Source: Novakomyces olei
Lineage: Eukaryota
Reading direction: 5' to 3'
NCBI GenBank assembly: GCA_016906335.1
Contig: JADEYG010000015.1
Span: forward strand, 620,001-684,000
DNA: 64,000 nt
Shown: positions 1 through 14,201 of the stretch, one piece after another
Position numbering within the stretch: the stretch's first letter is position 1
Layout: the number at the start of each line of letters is the position of its first letter
Notes under the pieces: generated by a model
Databases searched by the model: none
The model's input: the letters and a program-made list of their open reading frames with translations, nothing else
What the model was told of the DNA's origin: nothing
Made by a program: the position numbers and the translations under genes

Positions 1-66
1 CGGATCGGGTGCAGTGAACTTTGCACAAGTGTATCTTCGTCAGCAGAGAAGCTTTTACTGCTGTCA

Positions 67-107
<41 letters not shown>

Positions 108-2258
108 TATTTTGCTGTAAATATTCATATTGATGTTGTTGTCAGGGTTAGCGTTATTGTTGGTATTCGCATTTCTTGCATTTCTCTTTTCATTTGCAAA
201 TAACCGGTTCAGTGGGCCATTTAAAACGTGATCAAGTACGCCTTCCGCGTCCTTGTTACTCTGAAACGATATTGTTGAAGCAGTATCACTGTTGATTGTG
301 GCAGTCGCTGCACTATGATGGTGCTGCTGATGGTGATGTGGGTGGTGAAAGTGAAGGGTATCGGCTCCCTTTTCTTCCGACCAGCAAAACCTCCAAGTGG
401 GTGATTTCTTTAACACCAACTGCTGCCTGCCATCACATCGAAACTGCATGCAAAAAGCCAGTAAAATTTGCTTCACCACCAAGGGGCTTGATGCAGTATT
501 AATCACACGCACAATACGATTTAGTGTCATTGTAAAAGCAGCCACATCAGAGGCCATAAAGGCCTCCATTAGAATTTTTAGTAGGGTATAAGTGACCAGC
601 GAGAGGCCAGAAAATTCCGCTGTATCACAGTGCAACCGGCCGCACAATTCTACGACGATCCGTTCCTTGTCTGCTAATCCTTCACTGTCGACAAAATGTC
701 TCTGTGACCATTGTAACATTCCCTGAATCACATTGAAATCCTCTTCCTTGGCTAGAGCAGAGAACATTGTGTTTTCCAAGTCAGTGCAGGGTATATTCAG
801 CATTGGCAAAATTTCTGTAAAAGTTGAGAGCAAATCAAAGGCTCGCAAGCGAACAGCGGGGCTCGCGGTCCTAGTGTTTTGGAAGCATTTTGAAGCGAAA
901 GCTACGCATTTGTCCAGCTCTTGCTTGGGCATGGCCATGAAATCCTGAGACTCGTAGTACTCGAGCACAAAGATAAGTATATCATCAGTACAAAACTGGC
1001 TAATTGAGCGGAACAGTGAAGCCAGAGCTGCTTCGTCTTGAACAGAAGAATTGTTGGATCCTTCTGTATGAGAAGCTGATTGGTAAAGTTGTTGAACGCA
1101 CGATCTTATCGACTGAGCCAATTCCTCTCCGCTTTTACGATCAGCCTCCACCGTTTCATCAAAACTGGAAGCAATTTCTTGCAAAAGCGAAAGTGACACA
1201 AGGAACTCAGTTAGCAAAAGACTGGCGGATTTATACAAACTTTCCAATATAAAGCAAATATCCTTATTTACAGCGGCATTTCGTAGCCGTAGAGCGTTTC
1301 GAATAGTAGTTAGGCAAAAAACTTTAGTCAGACCCATTGGAGTCGCCCACGAAGTGTCGAGTAAAAGATTCCCAAGTACAGAAATGGCCCCACGCGTATC
1401 CAGGATTCGTGCGCCCTTAATCTCCAAAATATTCCTTATCGACAGTAGTGTCAGAGTGGCCACGTGGCTATTTAAAAAGTTTTTCATTAGCAGCAAGGCC
1501 TCCTCTTTGAACTGTGACGTGCCAATCATGGCACTACACAAAACCTCCACAATGGGTCCACAAGCATCGGAGGGAATAACTCCGAACCGCAAAACTGCAT
1601 CAAAAATAGCTATACACCCCAGAATATCCTGTGCCGACGTAGTTTTACGCGCTACTCCTGCCAGATCCAAAAGAATCAATGAAACGTGTGGTTGAGCCAG
1701 CAGGTGAAATTGAAACTTGAAGATACTTGCTAATAGAGTATACATCCTCTGTAATTCGGATTCTGACCGTAGTGCAAAAGCAGCCGCCATCCAATCCCTT
1801 AGTACTTGAAGAATATTATCTTCAAAGGGCATTATATCCCGGCCTCCGTTACACAAAGCCTCCAAGGCAGAGATTCGGGAGCTTATGCACTCTTGTGCGT
1901 TCGGCCGGCGAACAAGGTCCTGAAAGAACATGTACCTGTCAATTGGAGCATACTCACGCTGCTCCGTGGCTAGTGCGGCTGCCATAAAATCGTAGCATTG
2001 AGATATTACACTCAAAGTTACTCGTGCAGAATTATTGAGCAGTTCGCGTACTCCCGTCCAGGCTGCCACTACCTCCGTTGCAGACAATTCACTGACATGG
2101 GAGCTTAGGGTTTTCAAGGCCGCTACACGGTCCTGCGACCTGGTCGCCTTGTTTACAGCTTTGATCGCTTGTCGAACACTTTTTGCGACGGCATCGTCGC
2201 CCGCGCTGCTAGTCCCACCTTTTTTGAGGCCAAGGGCCTCGAATAGCGATTTGTTCAT
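1..2258 (-). CDS. TSC2: Tuberin/TSC2-like protein, N-terminal part (runs off window start)
   Basis: Minus frame from ATG 2258 (MNKSLFEALGLKKGG...RVAALKTL...VVAAWTGVRELL...DRYMFFQDL) resembles the tuberin N-terminal helical domain. The same frame is open at both ends checked and is absent from the ORF track, consistent with no stop inside the window. The (ATT)n at ~66-107 is in frame as poly-Asn. The GAP domain lies outside the window. Confidence 0.65.
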
Positions 2259-3162
2259 TGCTGCGCTTAATTGACGCGCCGCCGTCTCATTTCGGATTCT
2301 TCTGCTTTTTATTACTCGGCGCTTTTGATTTGGGCATCGCCGCTCGCGTTTTTTCAATTTTTGCAATTAAGCGAAATTGCCTATCTCTATATAGATAAGC
2401 ACACGTGAGTGACTAGACTGATTTTCTGTGTGCTTTGCAGAAAAGTACGTAATAATGTGTACGTTACTATCGATAATTTACGTAATAAACTACATTCAAT
2501 CTCCGTTTACAATGATACGAAAACTCGAGCCCATTTATTTCCACGACTCGTTCCCCTCAGACTCGGCCGAAGACGTAGAGTATTACATAAAGAACCGAAA
2601 CGTGTGGGTGATAAGAAGAATTTTTGCTCCGAGTGTGGATCTGTAGTAGTCTAGAGCACTTTAAAGATCTAAAGTGAAGGAGTTCAAGTAATGGCACAAG
2701 CCAAAGGTAACCTTACGACGCTCCTGCTAAATTATAGGAGGTAAGGTTACATACTGCTCTAAATTCCATCAGTAACCTTTTCGCAATCCCATATTTTTCC
2801 CTAAATTACTATTTAATGGGTCAGCCAATGCCGGGCTTGAAATAATATTATTTGGAATAAAAAATGCAAATGCAAATTCAAATTCAAATAAACAAAACAA
2901 AATAAAATTAAATTAAATTAACTGCGGCACGTTTCATAGAACGATGACCGCTATATATATCCCGAGCGTATAGCCGCCAAAGAGTAAATGTTTATTTTTT
3001 AATAAAAGTTCAGGTGTGCTTTGTGTACCAATATTTATAAATATTATAAATATTATAAAGTTTTTTTTTAAGACTTTTAATATACGAAGATCTATCCAAA
3101 ATACAGGTTATATTTGACATTGCATAACCAATCCACGCACAGCAAAAAAAGTGTGAACTGCA

Positions 3163-6100
3163 ATGGATCCGGAACAGCAGCTGGCGCAGTTGTTAGGCTC
3201 CAGCCTGGATCCAGCACAGGCAAAATCAGGTATGAACTTTAAAAATTCAGTGCTCGAACCTGTCCCTGTTCTTTTGGGTTAAAGCTAACATTTACGCGTT
3301 GTTGTAGCTGAGACACACTTGAAAGCAGCCGAAGTTCAGCCCGGTTTTGCTGTAGCACTGCTTGGATTGATCCGCAATCCTCAACACAGTAATGCAGTAC
3401 GGCTTGCAGGGGCGCTTTTCTTCAAAAACTTTTTGAAACGTAACTGGGCGGTACGTACCTCGTGCATTTTTCTTTTTACACCATAGTCTGATGTAGATGT
3501 TGGACTACCACTCCTGCTCTTCATCAGCTCTTGTCCGATTTTCATATAATCGCTAATATAGGTTTAGGATGAAGAAGGGCACCACCGGCTCAATGATTCA
3601 GATGTCACCACTATTAAATCCAATATCGTAGCTCTTATGATTGAGAGCCCACCGAGTATTCAAACTCAGCTAGGCGAGGCTGTAAACGTGATTGCTGACA
3701 CGGATTTCCCGCACGATTGGACGAATTTGCTCGATGTACGTATTTTTGCTTGGGGTCGATTCATTATGAAACCGATCAAGTCTATTTTATATTCTATACC
3801 ATTCCCTCTTTTATTGTCGCTTCTTTTTTGCTAACGACCAAGGACTTGATTGCTCAACTCGATCACAATGACATGCGTAAAGTTGTGGGATCGCTGCAGA
3901 CGGCGCACTCAATTTTCAGACGGTGGCGGCCGCTTTTCCGAACGGACGAGCTCTTCAAAGAAATAAAGTTCGTTCTCGACAAATTTACAGGACCGTTTCT
4001 GGATATCTTTACGGTATTTGCAAAATACAATAAATGAAACAAATGGCTAATGTATAGTTTACAAATTCCGAGATTCAAAGACTCTCTGGGGATAAAGATG
4101 CTTTGCTGCTGGCAGCGCAAGCGTTTTTGACAGAGTGCAAATTGTTTTACGATTTCAATTGTCAAGATATCCCTGAATTTTTTGAGGATAATTTGAGCGC
4201 CTTTATGTCTGTATTTCATTTTTACCTTACTTATTCCAATCCCCTACTGGAGTCTGATGATCCAGAAGTCCCCGGGCTCCTGGAAAAGATAAAGACTAGC
4301 ATTTGTGAAATTATCCAATTGTACGCACAAAGGTACGAGGATATATTCACACCGCTACCAGAATTTCTCAACACGGTCTGGCAGCTTTTAACGTCAACCG
4401 GTTCAGAACAGAAATATGATGATCTTGTCAGCAAGGCCATGGCCTTTCTGTCTACAGTTATTAAAATACCCAGTCATGCTCAAGCATTGAATAGCGAGGA
4501 TGCTTTACGTCAATTTGTGGAGCGAGTGGTCATCCCGAATATGAGACTGCGTGAATCAGATATTGAAATGTTCGAGGACGAGCCAATTGAATTTATTCGT
4601 CGGGATCTGGAAGGCTCTGATAGCGATACGCGCAGAAGATCTGCGTCTGACCTTGTGTCGGGTCTTATGGATGCTTTTGAAGCCAATGTCAGCAGTGTCA
4701 TGATGGGCTACATCAATCTATTTCTTCAGCAATACTCACAAAATCCTTCGGAAAATTTTCTGTCAAAGGATATTGCCTACTACCTGCTGTCCTCCGTTGC
4801 GATTAGAACACAAAGCAGCAAACGTGGCGTGTCATCTACCAATGTTATGTTTGACATTGTCAGTTTTTTTAATGCAAATGTTGCTGGAGATCTTTCTCAA
4901 AGCGCTGTGCATCCAATCATTCGGACTGATGCCATTAAATACGTTTATTCTTTTCGAAATCAGCTCACTCTCGACCAGATTCGAAGTGTGCTGCCTATTA
5001 TTGTTAATAGCATTTCCTATCCTGATTATGTTGTCTACACTTATGCAACAATTGCCATCGAGAAATTGCTTACTATCGAGCGCGACTCCAAGCTCGTTTT
5101 TGATTCGGAGTCTGTTGCTCCGCTGGCACCCTTGATATTCAGTGGCGTATTTGGGAAATTAGAGAAAGCTACAAACACGCAAAGGCTAGCTGAAAACGAT
5201 TACCTTATGCGATGTATTGTCCGGACTCTAGTCACTATGAAAGAAACTTCACGAGCATCTGTTGATCTATTGTCTCGGCAACTCGCAATGATTCTCAGTG
5301 AAGTTAGCAAAAATCCTTTTAACCCTCGATTCAATCACTATCTCTTTGAGGCTATCGGTGCTTCCGTTAGGTAATTTTGATTTATTTATATGTACATATA
5401 CATCATATACAAATATATATCGATTTTTAATTTTTTTTTTCGTTTGATTGGGCTATTTTCGTTTGTTCTTTCTTCTAATATCCAGATTTTCGGGACCCAC
5501 TGAGCTCTCCAAATACGAAACCATGCTATTCCCCGTGTTTCAAAGCATTCTACAAAACGAGGTTACGGAATTCATACCGTACGTATTTCAGATATTAGCG
5601 AAAATGGTTGAGAGTTCGCAAGGGAGCCCTCTATCGCCGTTCTTACAGGGGCTTGTTATGCCTTGCTTGGCACCAGCTTTATGGGAGTCCAAGGGCAATG
5701 TTCCCCCTGTAGCTCGATTTTTACAAGCAATTATAATGAAGGATTCAGAAACGGTTGGGAAAGACAGTTCAACAATCGTTGCCGTCCTTGGCGTTTTTCA
5801 AAAATTGATATCATCAAAAGCGTTTGATATTTATGGATTTGATATTTTAGAAACTGTATTTTTGGCATTGCCGGGGTAATTATTAAAGTTTTGTCTGTTT
5901 ATTAGTATTTCAATTCGTCTGCAATTTTATCTATGCTTCATATGAGCTTTGCATATTTCCTGCACAACATATTTTACTAACATGCGTAGAAAAATCCAAC
6001 CGGATCATATTAAGCATATCTCTACTTTGCTTCTAACTCGTTTACAAACGGCGAGGACTGAACGATTTTTGATGCGTTATGTTGCGCTTTTGCATTTCCT

Positions 6101-6789
6101 ATCTTGTCTTTCGGATAAGGGATATGGGCCCGAGTTTGTAGTACAATTTATTGATGGTGTTCAGCCGGGGTAAGAAAAAAATTAGCCACAATTTATATAA
6201 TTGTCTAACATTTTTATAGGCTGATGTCTCAAATTTATTCTGTGTTTATACTGCCGAATACGCAAAAGCTCCAAAGCAGAATCGAAAAGAAGTTCGCGAT
6301 TGTGGGAATGACTGAAATGCTATTGCTGTTTGAAAGCACACAATCCTACAGCCAGCTTCAGTAAGTGAATAAAGAATGAAGATATGAAAACAATCGCATA
6401 TCTTTTATGAAAACAGAAACAATTACAATTTAAAAATAAAAAGCATCAAACTTAAAGCAGTAAAAATGCTAACAACTAGTTTTCCAACGCTTGTGGCTCT
6501 TTTGAAACTCTTGGAACTTCCAACAGAAATACATCAGGACAATTCAAATCAGCTGGAAGATTTCGAGGCCTCAGAGGACGTGACATTCCAGGCAAGCTAC
6601 TCTCGGCTGAGTACATTAACTTCGGACCGCTTAGATCCGTGCCCACAAATCGAGGATAGTCGTGAGTACTTCATCTCGAGACTCAATGCTGCTCATCAGC
6701 AAATGCTTCCGCCCGTGTTTACAAATTCAGTCCATCAATTGCCTCAGGATGCAAAGTACGCTCTGGATAATTACAAGATAAAAGTTTGA
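3163..6789 (+). CDS. CSE1: Importin-alpha export receptor Cse1/CAS (multi-exon)
   Basis: ATG 3163 (MDPEQQLAQLL); LFFKNFLKRNW, DFPHDW, CQDIPEFFEDNL, FEDEPIEFIRRDLEGSDSDTRRR, FIPYVFQIL; several short GT-AG introns with CTAAC/CTAAT branch sites; stop at 6789. Confidence 0.93.
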
Positions 6790-7184
6790 CCAGTCTCTGT
6801 CAAAGATGTCTGAGCAACATGGCAAAACTATGCCAAAATGAGACTGTTATACTATAAAAATGGAGAATGAAAATTTGTTGTAGTCACCACTGTATCGATA
6901 TTAAAAATGGGCTTGTAAAAAGTATAGAAATTATTCTTATGTAAATCCCTTACAGAGCCTTTACTGAAATAGAAACGGCCGTAATTCTAAAGGAATGAGT
7001 GGTCGCTGAAAAGTACTCTAAAAAGTTATTGAATAATATAGTTTTAAATTCATACAATTTAGTGTACAATGATTAATTAGTACCTCATCAACATCTTTCA
7101 TAATTTTAGCCATATTCATCCTTGCAAATCCTCATATAAAACATCCTTCTCCCTAAAATGCAAATTTCCGTCTAAATGATACGT

Positions 7185-9638
7185 TCAAGCCTGCTTGAGA
7201 ACTTGGGATCCCAGTGCCCAATTTGTGCTGCTTTTGAGATACCGCATTAAATGCATAAGACTCACTGGAGTAATGCCCTGGATTCTTCGGGCCTGGGCCA
7301 GAGTCTCTGGACGTACTGTATCCAAGATTTGTCGCTGTTCAATAGTTAAAAAGTCTAATAGACAGAAATCGATATCCCCCGGAATATGCATTAATTCTTC
7401 CTTGCACAGCAAAGCTCGGGCTTGAGCGTCTTGCTTTTCCACATAGAATTCGTATTTAGCTGAGAACTGTTAGCGATAGTAGATAAAAAATTAATTAATT
7501 AATTAATTAATTAAAATAAAATAAAATAACTCACCCTCAGTCTGTAACCGCTCACACATTATCCTCGAAAGTTGTGATAATTGTGGTATATGCTGCAAAA
7601 ACAATTCAATACTATTTTTATCATTTCTCAGCAGTTCCCATGCCCTATTTGAATTAGTACTGTATTCAAGCAGGAACTATATCGAACAATATATTATTTA
7701 TGTATTATCATAATTTTTTTATTATCATAATTTGTTTCCTTTAATTTTTCCCTCCAAGTTTTTTCCTTTATTTTATATTATTTATGTTTCACTTACGACC
7801 GCCAAACTCCATCATCGGCTAGGGTAAAGCCAGCCCGGATCCACGCGTGTGGAGTACGAATATCCGCCTTTAGGGCACTTTTGCCCGATTCTAGAGCCGC
7901 CATTGTACGCATGTGCATAGCAGCGCGTTCTTCACCCACAACTCCAACTGCGATGCCCAAGTCAGTGAGCCTTACATCAGCATTGTCCGGCCTTAAACTT
8001 AGGCGGTACTCGCTCCTAGATGTAAACATTCGGTAGGGCTCCTTCACGCCCTTTAGTACTAGATCGTCAATCAGCACGCCAATGTAAGCCTGATCTCGTC
8101 GCACAGTAATTGCCGCCTTATTTAAAGCTTTCAGCCCGGCATTCATACCGGCAACAATACCCTGAGCAGCGGCTTCCTCGTACCCTGTTGTGCCATTAAT
8201 CTGCCCAGCCAGCCAAAGGTTGGCAATGCGTCTTGTTTCCAATGTGCTCTGCATCTCTCGTGGGTCGATAAAATCGTACTCTACCCCATAGCCAGGCTGC
8301 AGCATTACACAGTTTTCCAGGCCCCGTATCGACTGGAGCATGGCAAGTTGCACATCTGCTGGCAGCGTTACACTGATCCCGTTCGGGTACCAGACAGGCG
8401 TGTCCAGCCCTTCTGGTTCCAGCCAGACATTGTGGTGCTGTTTTAATGGGAATTTAATTACTTTAGACTCGATCGAGGGACAGTAGCGTGGGCCGTTTAC
8501 CGTCTCCCGAATATGAATTGATCGTGATAGATTTGCACTCACAATTGCGTGAGTTTGGGCGTTAGTGCGGGTCAGGTAGCAGTGCAGCTGTTCATCAATC
8601 GCCACACGGCTGTTCATGTAGCTAAAGGGCCGAGGAGGGTCATCGTTCTCCTGCCGCGTCATGCAACTGAAGTCTATACTCCTACCGTCAATTCGTGGTG
8701 GAGTTCCCGTCTTCAATCGGCCCAGTGTAAATCCGTGCAAACGGAACGAGTTGCTTAGAGCGTGAGCAGCCGCCTCGCCAATACGGCCTCCGCTCGTAAC
8801 TTCCAGTCCAATGTGCAGTTCGCCACCCAAAAAGGTCCCCGTTGTAATTACAACCTGGTCTGTAGCGATCCGTCTGCCGCCCTCTAGAACGAGCCCACAG
8901 GCGCGTGGCCCTGAGTCGCTAGAACACGTTTCCAGATCGTGAACTGACGCCTCGATAACTCGCAAGTTCGGAATACTGCTGATTTCTTGCTGCATAAACT
9001 TTCGGTAGAGCGATCGGTCCATCTGCGCTCGAGGGCCCCATACTGCAGGGCCTTTTGAGGCATTGAGCACTTTGAACGAAATTCCAGCTTTATCGCAAAC
9101 ACGCGCACAGAGCCCGTCGAGCGCATCTATTTCGCGAATTAATATGCCTTTGCCTACTCCCCCGAACGATGGGTTGCACGACCTTGTATTAGTTTGAAAT
9201 ACATAAAAGAATCTCAAAGGCAAAGAAAATAAACGACTCGTTCTTCGAATTGGCTGATGATTTTATTTTTTAAAATTTATTTTTTTAATTCCTTCATTTG
9301 AAAAAAAGATTTGACGAGCCCAAGTTGGTTTTACTAATAAACTTGACGCAATCAAAAAGCTGTGTCAAAGAGTCGGTAATAAAGAAAACTCAATAGAAAT
9401 AATTAAAATTGGTCAAGTCAAATTACATTGTTCCAATCGACTCAAACTTTGGTGTCACAAGTATCGTACTCGCACCAACTCGCGCAGCAGCTGCTGCTGC
9501 TTCAACGCCCGCATGGCCTCCACCGATAACTGTTACTTGAGCAGTAAAATCTGCAACAGACGATGCTTTCCGTACGGCAAAAATTTGTGTGCGCAAGTTT
9601 GCGCTGCGGCCCCAGCGACGTAGAATCGTGCAAAGCAT
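7185..9638 (-). CDS. MTO1: Mitochondrial tRNA modification enzyme Mto1 (GidA/MnmG family)
   Basis: [15 protein letters not shown] motif, [60 protein letters not shown]-terminal [16 protein letters not shown]; multiple introns. Confidence 0.95.
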
Positions 9639-10459
9639 CAAGCTCAGCGGCCGCGAAGCAGCAAATTACAATTTATTCCTACAAATATTTATCCATTAAT
9701 TTGTGTTTTTATAAAAATAAATATATTTAAATTAATTAATTAATAAATATATAAATATATAAATTAATAAATAAACTAAAATAAAATAAAATAATTAATT
9801 AATTAAAATATATGATACAGCGAATGGATAAATGAACGCAACATTATAATTTACGGCTGTTACTTGGAAATTGTATGGCAGAATAGGCGGACTAATGGCC
9901 ATACTGATCAAATGCCAGATTACTTTGGATTTGGGGTACAGATGATCGACATACCAATGGCCTCCAATATAAAGTGGGCCGGCGACTTGTTCTATTAGTG
10001 GAATGTATTTACTATATCTCTTTTACAAGTATTATATCATACTTCGAACAACTTCGATACATTACTTGAAAAACAGTGTCCTCAAGTAATAGGTTCGGGA
10101 AAATTCGGAATTCGGCACACGACAGCGCAAAGGCTGGACTCTAGGTATTCTCAATTTGATTCTACGCAAGGCTCCTTCAGTAGACGAGGCAAAGCGGCAA
10201 TTACAAATACTCAGAATGGCCGTTACAATTTTACAGTGGCGTCTATTGTTGAACGCAAAATGATATTCTATCTCGTATTTTCAAAAAAATTCTGGATCGT
10301 TTTACACGTATAGACTCGCTATGAACAAGGACTAAAGCAGTAACTGCATGTATGCAGGGTTAGTAGTACTTTTACTATATTATAATAAATTATATATAAA
10401 TTATATATATTTATATACATATCCACAAATATATCCCATCCACAACACTTTTCAGAGCA

Positions 10460-11075
10460 ATGAAGTTTTTCGAGGCCGTTTACACGTTTGACTACCCGTG
10501 GCAACAGGTATCGGCCGCTCACTGGCGCAAATATCCAAACGAGTCATCTGCTCATGTTATTGCCGTCGACACATTACGACGGGAAGTTGACTCTAAAGGC
10601 ATTTTACGTACCGAGCGTTTGATCACGTGCCGGCAAAGCGCACCAGGATGGATTGTAAAATTACTCGGAGGAATGGACGACAGCTATGTGCGTGAAGTGT
10701 CTACCGTAAACCCCAAGACAAACGAGCTGACGTAAGCTTCTACCGATTACCTTTTGCCTTTTAATCTGCACTTTTATTTTGAGCGGCAAACTAATTTACA
10801 GTCTGTTCTCGACAAACCTCACATTCAGCGGATTCCTGCAGGTCGACGAAACAGTGCAGTACCGGCCACACCATGCGAATGCAGACCAGACGGAGTTTGT
10901 GCAGGATGCTCAGATTGTAGCAAAAGCGTGTTTCAAGCGTCTTGCTAATAAAATCGAAGACTGGACTGTCGAACGGTTTGGCCAGAATGCTGTAAACGGA
11001 CGTCTTGGTATGGAGAGTGTACTCGCGCGTATTTCTACTAGTATCTTTCGCGAACAGCAGCCGCAACAGCAGTAG
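10460..11075 (+). CDS. UPS2: PRELI/MSF1-family mitochondrial lipid transfer protein (Ups2-like)
   Basis: MKFFEAVYTFDYPWQQVSAAHWRKYPNE...HVIAVDTLRR; ...VERFGQNAVNGRLGMESVL; one intron ~10732-10801. Confidence 0.85.
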
Positions 11076-12512
11076 AATAAGAGGGAAGTCGCTATACAAT
11101 GACGAATTTTAGAAGAGTATTGACGATGGTTTACTCTCAAAAAGTGGGGTTTAAAAGTCTCTTGAGCAGATTCAGAAAGCACATGGAACGCCTAATATTG
11201 ATCCAAGAGCAATGAAATGAAATGGTTTTTCAGTAGAATTTGGGAGCTGCTTGTGCTCCACTATTACGCGGCCCTGCTGTTCAAGAACTTCAACTATACA
11301 TGCACCACTATACAGACTTAAGCCAATTTAAAGACGGAAAAAAGTGTGTTGTTTGCTGGTTATACGGATTCTCGGTTGTTGTTTTTTCGGTGTTTGGATT
11401 TTCAGTGTTTGAACGGTCAGCGTCTGGTTGAACGCTGCTGGTGAACCCAGCAATGATTTCAAGGCAAACCTGGAAGGTGTTTGCCTTTGTATATTTACTA
11501 TCAAAAAGTTTTGGCAATGTTTTTTCAAAAATTGTTTTGTTTTACACTAATGCAATTATAATGTAATATTTATTCTAGCGACTAGCCTTACACCTCGTTT
11601 TAATATCACAATGTGCTGTAGTACCCAAATTTAATGTCCAAGCGACGCGCTTTATAGACTGTCATTCATCGCGGCAAATCAGCAAATAGGGAGTGCGTGA
11701 ACAAAGGTTTAAGAACCGGTCAGCTCAATAAATGTTCAGTTTTGGCCATTTGAGTTGCGCTCGCATCTTTTGCACAGTTGCGGTTCCCGTGCCAGAGGGT
11801 GTAATGTATAATTATAATAGAGCCGATACCTTTACCGCAAACAGTTACGTTATAAACTATATGATCCTGTCTTTAGTTTGTCTTTGCCTAATCGCAGCTA
11901 AACCAATTGACATGTTTGTGCAAAAGATGATAGTCGCTCCAACACAATGTCGGATTCTAAAAACTGACTTTTCCTCATTTAACAGACTTTATTTTCGATT
12001 TAGCACGAGATAATAATATATTCATATGAATAAATAATAAATAAATTAATTAATTAATTAATATTTTAGGCAAATAACGATATAATGAAAAACGCAAAGT
12101 AATGAAGTGGACAAGCCCGAATATCTCCAAGCGTACGTGTACACGCGTACATGTCTGTCTGTGTATCGAGGTTGTGTTTAGAGTCGCGGCAATGATAAGA
12201 AAGCGCGCTTAAGATTGCGAGGCTTTTGCAGTCCAAAAGAAGTTAAGGAGTCAATCAAGGTAAAGCGGAGTACAGGGCTCAGTATTACTCTTGAAGTCTG
12301 CAGAGCAGTGCTTATTTTCCAGCGTACAGGTAAATCCGAGCATAACGGGGTCAAAGAGCACACGTCGCTTTAGGAACAAAATCTTGTACTGCAAATGCAG
12401 CGAACCTGTCTCGGACGGGCATTCGCGTTATTTACTCTGACAATCGATCAGTCACCCGTAAATCAATGATCTGGAAGAACCAGCCAGCCAACCTCGTTTG
12501 CCACTGTGCGCT

Positions 12513-14201
12513 ATGAATTCTTTGGCCCTTGTATCTTCCGGCATCGACTATGCATTTAGACGGCCGAGGCATCGGCCCGTGGCTCAGCCGTCAGAGGAAA
12601 AATTGCCGCACAGCACTGACGTAAAAGGTCTAGACTCTAGCGAAAAAGGCACAGAGTCGTCAACGTTAGTAGGACGGATACTGCAGGCAATTTTGGCACT
12701 GTTCCAAACGGAAAACCAGTGCTTTACTTTGAGATCCGTGCTTTTTGGCATATTAAAACTTGTGTTTTTCCCAATATATTTGCTTTTGAAGAGGCAAGAG
12801 GCTCCATTGGCTCTGGGGAAACGAGACGGGCACCCTTCTCCAGTCCACGAGGGACCAGTGCAGAATGCCGGACCAGTTTCTAGCTCATCGGATTCAGGAG
12901 CAGACGTGGGTCCGTCAAGATCAAGCGTCCAGTCTAGTGTGGCACACGACTCTGCTACATCCTCAGACTTTTTGCCTTCTCTACCATCGAGCCTAGACCT
13001 AATAACTTTGCCTGGCGAGGGAGTACGGGATGAATCGGGCAAGTTTGCTGTACAAAATGACCAAAAAGAACTTGTAGCAGATTCTTCAAATCTACAGTCA
13101 AATCTACACGAGAACCAGGAATCGAGGCACCACCTTACCCGTAGTCGCTCTGCGGCTATTCGGTCCTTTTCAGATGAAAAGAATGAGAATATTATTGAAA
13201 ATGTGAATAATGGCAACGACAATGGCAATGAAGATACTAGCGGCGACAATGAGGAGCCTCAAGTGATTATCCTGCCTCCACCCCCACCTCGCCCTCCACC
13301 TCCTCCTCGTCCGGCTGCCCGGCACCGCCGTGATTCAAGTACGTCTTCGACTCTTTCAAGTACGAGCTCTGAGCAGTCACAAGAAGAGGCACTGGCCGAT
13401 TCTCTGGTCACTCGTGCCTCTGAGGATAGTCTAATGCCCTCCGCAATGACTCAAGGCCATCCACATCGAACTCTGAGGCTTCAGCTTTACGAGTCAGAGT
13501 CCCTGAAACAAGCTATGGCTCATCCGTCAGAGGCATTAAGGTCACCCAAACCTCCTCCAGCAGGAAACGGAGTAGCAGCAGCTCACAAGACGAGACTCGT
13601 GGCATCGAAACTGAGACCCGCTCAAATTCATCGGCCACTGATCCCGAAACTTGGCCGGTCAAATCGTAAAACATTAGTGCTGGATCTTGATGAGACGTTG
13701 ATCCACTCGCTTGCTCGTGGAGGCCGGATGTCGGGAGGGCATATGGTGGAAGTTAAACTAAGCTTGAACTACGCTATCTTGTACTACGTCTACAAAAGAC
13801 CACACTGTGATTTCTTCCTGCGAATGGTGGCAAAATGGTACAATGTCGTCATTTTTACCGCCTCTGTTCAGGAATACGCTGACCCCATTCTGGACTGGCT
13901 CGAGCAGGATCGCAAAATATTTAAAGCACGGTTTTACCGGCAGCACTGTACACTTGTGGACGATGCTTTTGTAAAAGATTTGTCAGTTGTTTCTCCCGAC
14001 TTGTCACAGGTTATTATACTCGACAACTCGCCTCTCAGTTACGCTCTGAATGAGGACAATGCTATTCCCATTGAAGGCTGGATCAGTGACCCGTCTGATA
14101 ACGATCTACTCTACCTTTTATCCTTCTTACAGTCACTCTGCCACGTAAAAGACGTGCGCACTGTCCTGGGCCTAAGACTTGGAGTGCATGATGTTCGGTA
14201 G
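12513..14201 (+). CDS. NEM1: Nem1/CTDNEP1-like HAD phosphatase
   Basis: MNSL start, N-terminal hydrophobic segment, low-complexity middle, C-terminal KTLVLDLDETLIHS, YYVYKRPHCDFFL, IEGWISDPSDNDLL. Confidence 0.88.
   Translation: MNSLALVSSGIDYAFRRPRHRPVAQPSEEKLPHSTDVKGLDSSEKGTESSTLVGRILQAILALFQTENQCFTLRSVLFGILKLVFFPIYLLLKRQEAPLALGKRDGHPSPVHEGPVQNAGPVSSSSDSGADVGPSRSSVQSSVAHDSATSSDFLPSLPSSLDLITLPGEGVRDESGKFAVQNDQKELVADSSNLQSNLHENQESRHHLTRSRSAAIRSFSDEKNENIIENVNNGNDNGNEDTSGDNEEPQVIILPPPPPRPPPPPRPAARHRRDSSTSSTLSSTSSEQSQEEALADSLVTRASEDSLMPSAMTQGHPHRTLRLQLYESESLKQAMAHPSEALRSPKPPPAGNGVAAAHKTRLVASKLRPAQIHRPLIPKLGRSNRKTLVLDLDETLIHSLARGGRMSGGHMVEVKLSLNYAILYYVYKRPHCDFFLRMVAKWYNVVIFTASVQEYADPILDWLEQDRKIFKARFYRQHCTLVDDAFVKDLSVVSPDLSQVIILDNSPLSYALNEDNAIPIEGWISDPSDNDLLYLLSFLQSLCHVKDVRTVLGLRLGVHDVR

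Noticed and set aside
2409-2654. ORF ending FCSECGS (zinc-ribbon-like)
   Set aside because: A single CxxC, no ATG start and no supporting domain; probably chance.
10095-10115. GGGAAAATTCGG resembling RNase P RNA CR-I
   Set aside because: No matching CR-V/P4 partner found downstream.
11308-11528. Small minus-strand ORFs with NTE-like repeats
   Set aside because: Non-ATG starts, no recognisable motif, and only a short local duplication.
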